Part shown: positions 19,287 through 20,000 of the stretch, one piece after another
Position numbering within the stretch: position 1 is the stretch's first letter
Layout of the letters: each line of letters opens with the position of its first letter
Sequence record: DRR723986_2444
DNA: 20,000 nt
Reading direction: 5' to 3' (one strand)
Notes under the pieces: generated by a model
Databases searched by the model: none
The model's input: the letters and a program-made list of their open reading frames with translations, nothing else
What the model was told of the DNA's origin: nothing
Program-made: the position numbers and the translations under genes

Positions 19287-19826
19287 ATTAAACGCGATAA
19301 CGCAAAAGGGCGCGGTAAACGCGCACTGATAAATCAAGATATTGAAGCCAGTCAAGTCAGGCTGATCGATGCTGAAGGTAACCAGGTGGGCATTGTCCCG
19401 CTAGCGGAGGCGCTAACTGCCGCCCAGGAAGCCAGCCTAGACTTAGTGCAGATTGCGGACTCGGATCCGGTGGTCTGCAAGATAATGGATTATGGAAAAC
19501 ATGTTTTCGAGGCCAAGAAGCAACAAGCTGCGGCCCGAAAAAACCAGGTTCGTACTCAGGTTAAGGAAATTAAATTCCGACCTGGGACGGATGAAGGGGA
19601 TTACCAGGTAAAACTGCGCAACCTGGTACGTTTCCTTGAGCATGGGGATAAAGCCAAGGTAACTCTCCGTTACCGCGGTCGTGAGATGGCCCACCAGGAG
19701 CTGGGTATGCAGTTGTTGCAGCGAGTGGAAGCAGACCTCGCTGAATACGGCGCTGTAGAACAGTATCCAAAAATGGAAGGTCGTCAGCTGACGATGGTGA
19801 TTGCCCCGAAAAAGAAAAAGCAGTGA
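19287..19826 (+). CDS. infC: Translation initiation factor IF-3 (179 aa), non-canonical ATT start
   Basis: GGAG at 19275-19278, ATT at 19287 in frame with the listed [41 protein letters not shown]. Confidence 0.96.
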   Translation: MKRDNAKGRGKRALINQDIEASQVRLIDAEGNQVGIVPLAEALTAAQEASLDLVQIADSDPVVCKIMDYGKHVFEAKKQQAAARKNQVRTQVKEIKFRPGTDEGDYQVKLRNLVRFLEHGDKAKVTLRYRGREMAHQELGMQLLQRVEADLAEYGAVEQYPKMEGRQLTMVIAPKKKKQ

Positions 19827-19874
19827 GCTCTCAGGGCCTGCTTAATTGATTGATGCAATGCGGAGTATCTAACG

Positions 19875-20000
19875 ATGCCAAAAGTTAAAGTACACAGCGG
19901 AGCGGCAAAACGCTTTAAAAAAACCGGTAGCGGTTATAAGCGTAAAAGCGCCCACAAGAGTCACATCCTTACCAAGATGACCACCAAGCGTAAGCGTCAG
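19875..20000 (+). CDS. rpmI: 50S ribosomal protein L35, 3'-truncated by window edge
   Basis: [49 protein letters not shown]; thrS-infC-rpmI synteny (absent from the ORF track). Confidence 0.97.
   Translation, partial: MPKVKVHSGAAKRFKKTGSGYKRKSAHKSHILTKMTTKRKRQ

Overview
Core-genome, housekeeping region of a Gammaproteobacterium with Pseudomonadales/Cellvibrionales-like gene order (taxonomy is an inference from synteny). Order: 'rseB-rseC-lepA-lepB-DUF4845-rnc-era-recO on +; a BarA/GacS hybrid sensor kinase on - that is split by a frameshift; cysM-relA-mazG on +; a small ribbon-helix-helix-like gene on -; a ~545 bp intergenic region holding a ~190 bp CTAG-flanked MITE-like element and a structured putative adk leader; adk-hemH; a Lys/Ala-rich histone-H1/AlgP-like gene; and thrS-infC-rpmI'. 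No phage, CRISPR, transposase, tRNA or defence genes are evident, and I cannot support a wholly new multi-gene system. The most notable observations are: (1) the gacS frameshift is repaired exactly by duplicating an 8-nt unit in the HAMP helix, which suggests slipped-strand loss or phase variation; (2) LepB appears to carry a tandem duplication of its N-terminal membrane module (4 TM segments); (3) an E. coli-like tRNA-Thr-mimic operator precedes thrS, and infC starts at ATT; (4) the MITE-like element and a nested-stem candidate leader RNA lie upstream of adk; (5) the H1/AlgP-like protein.
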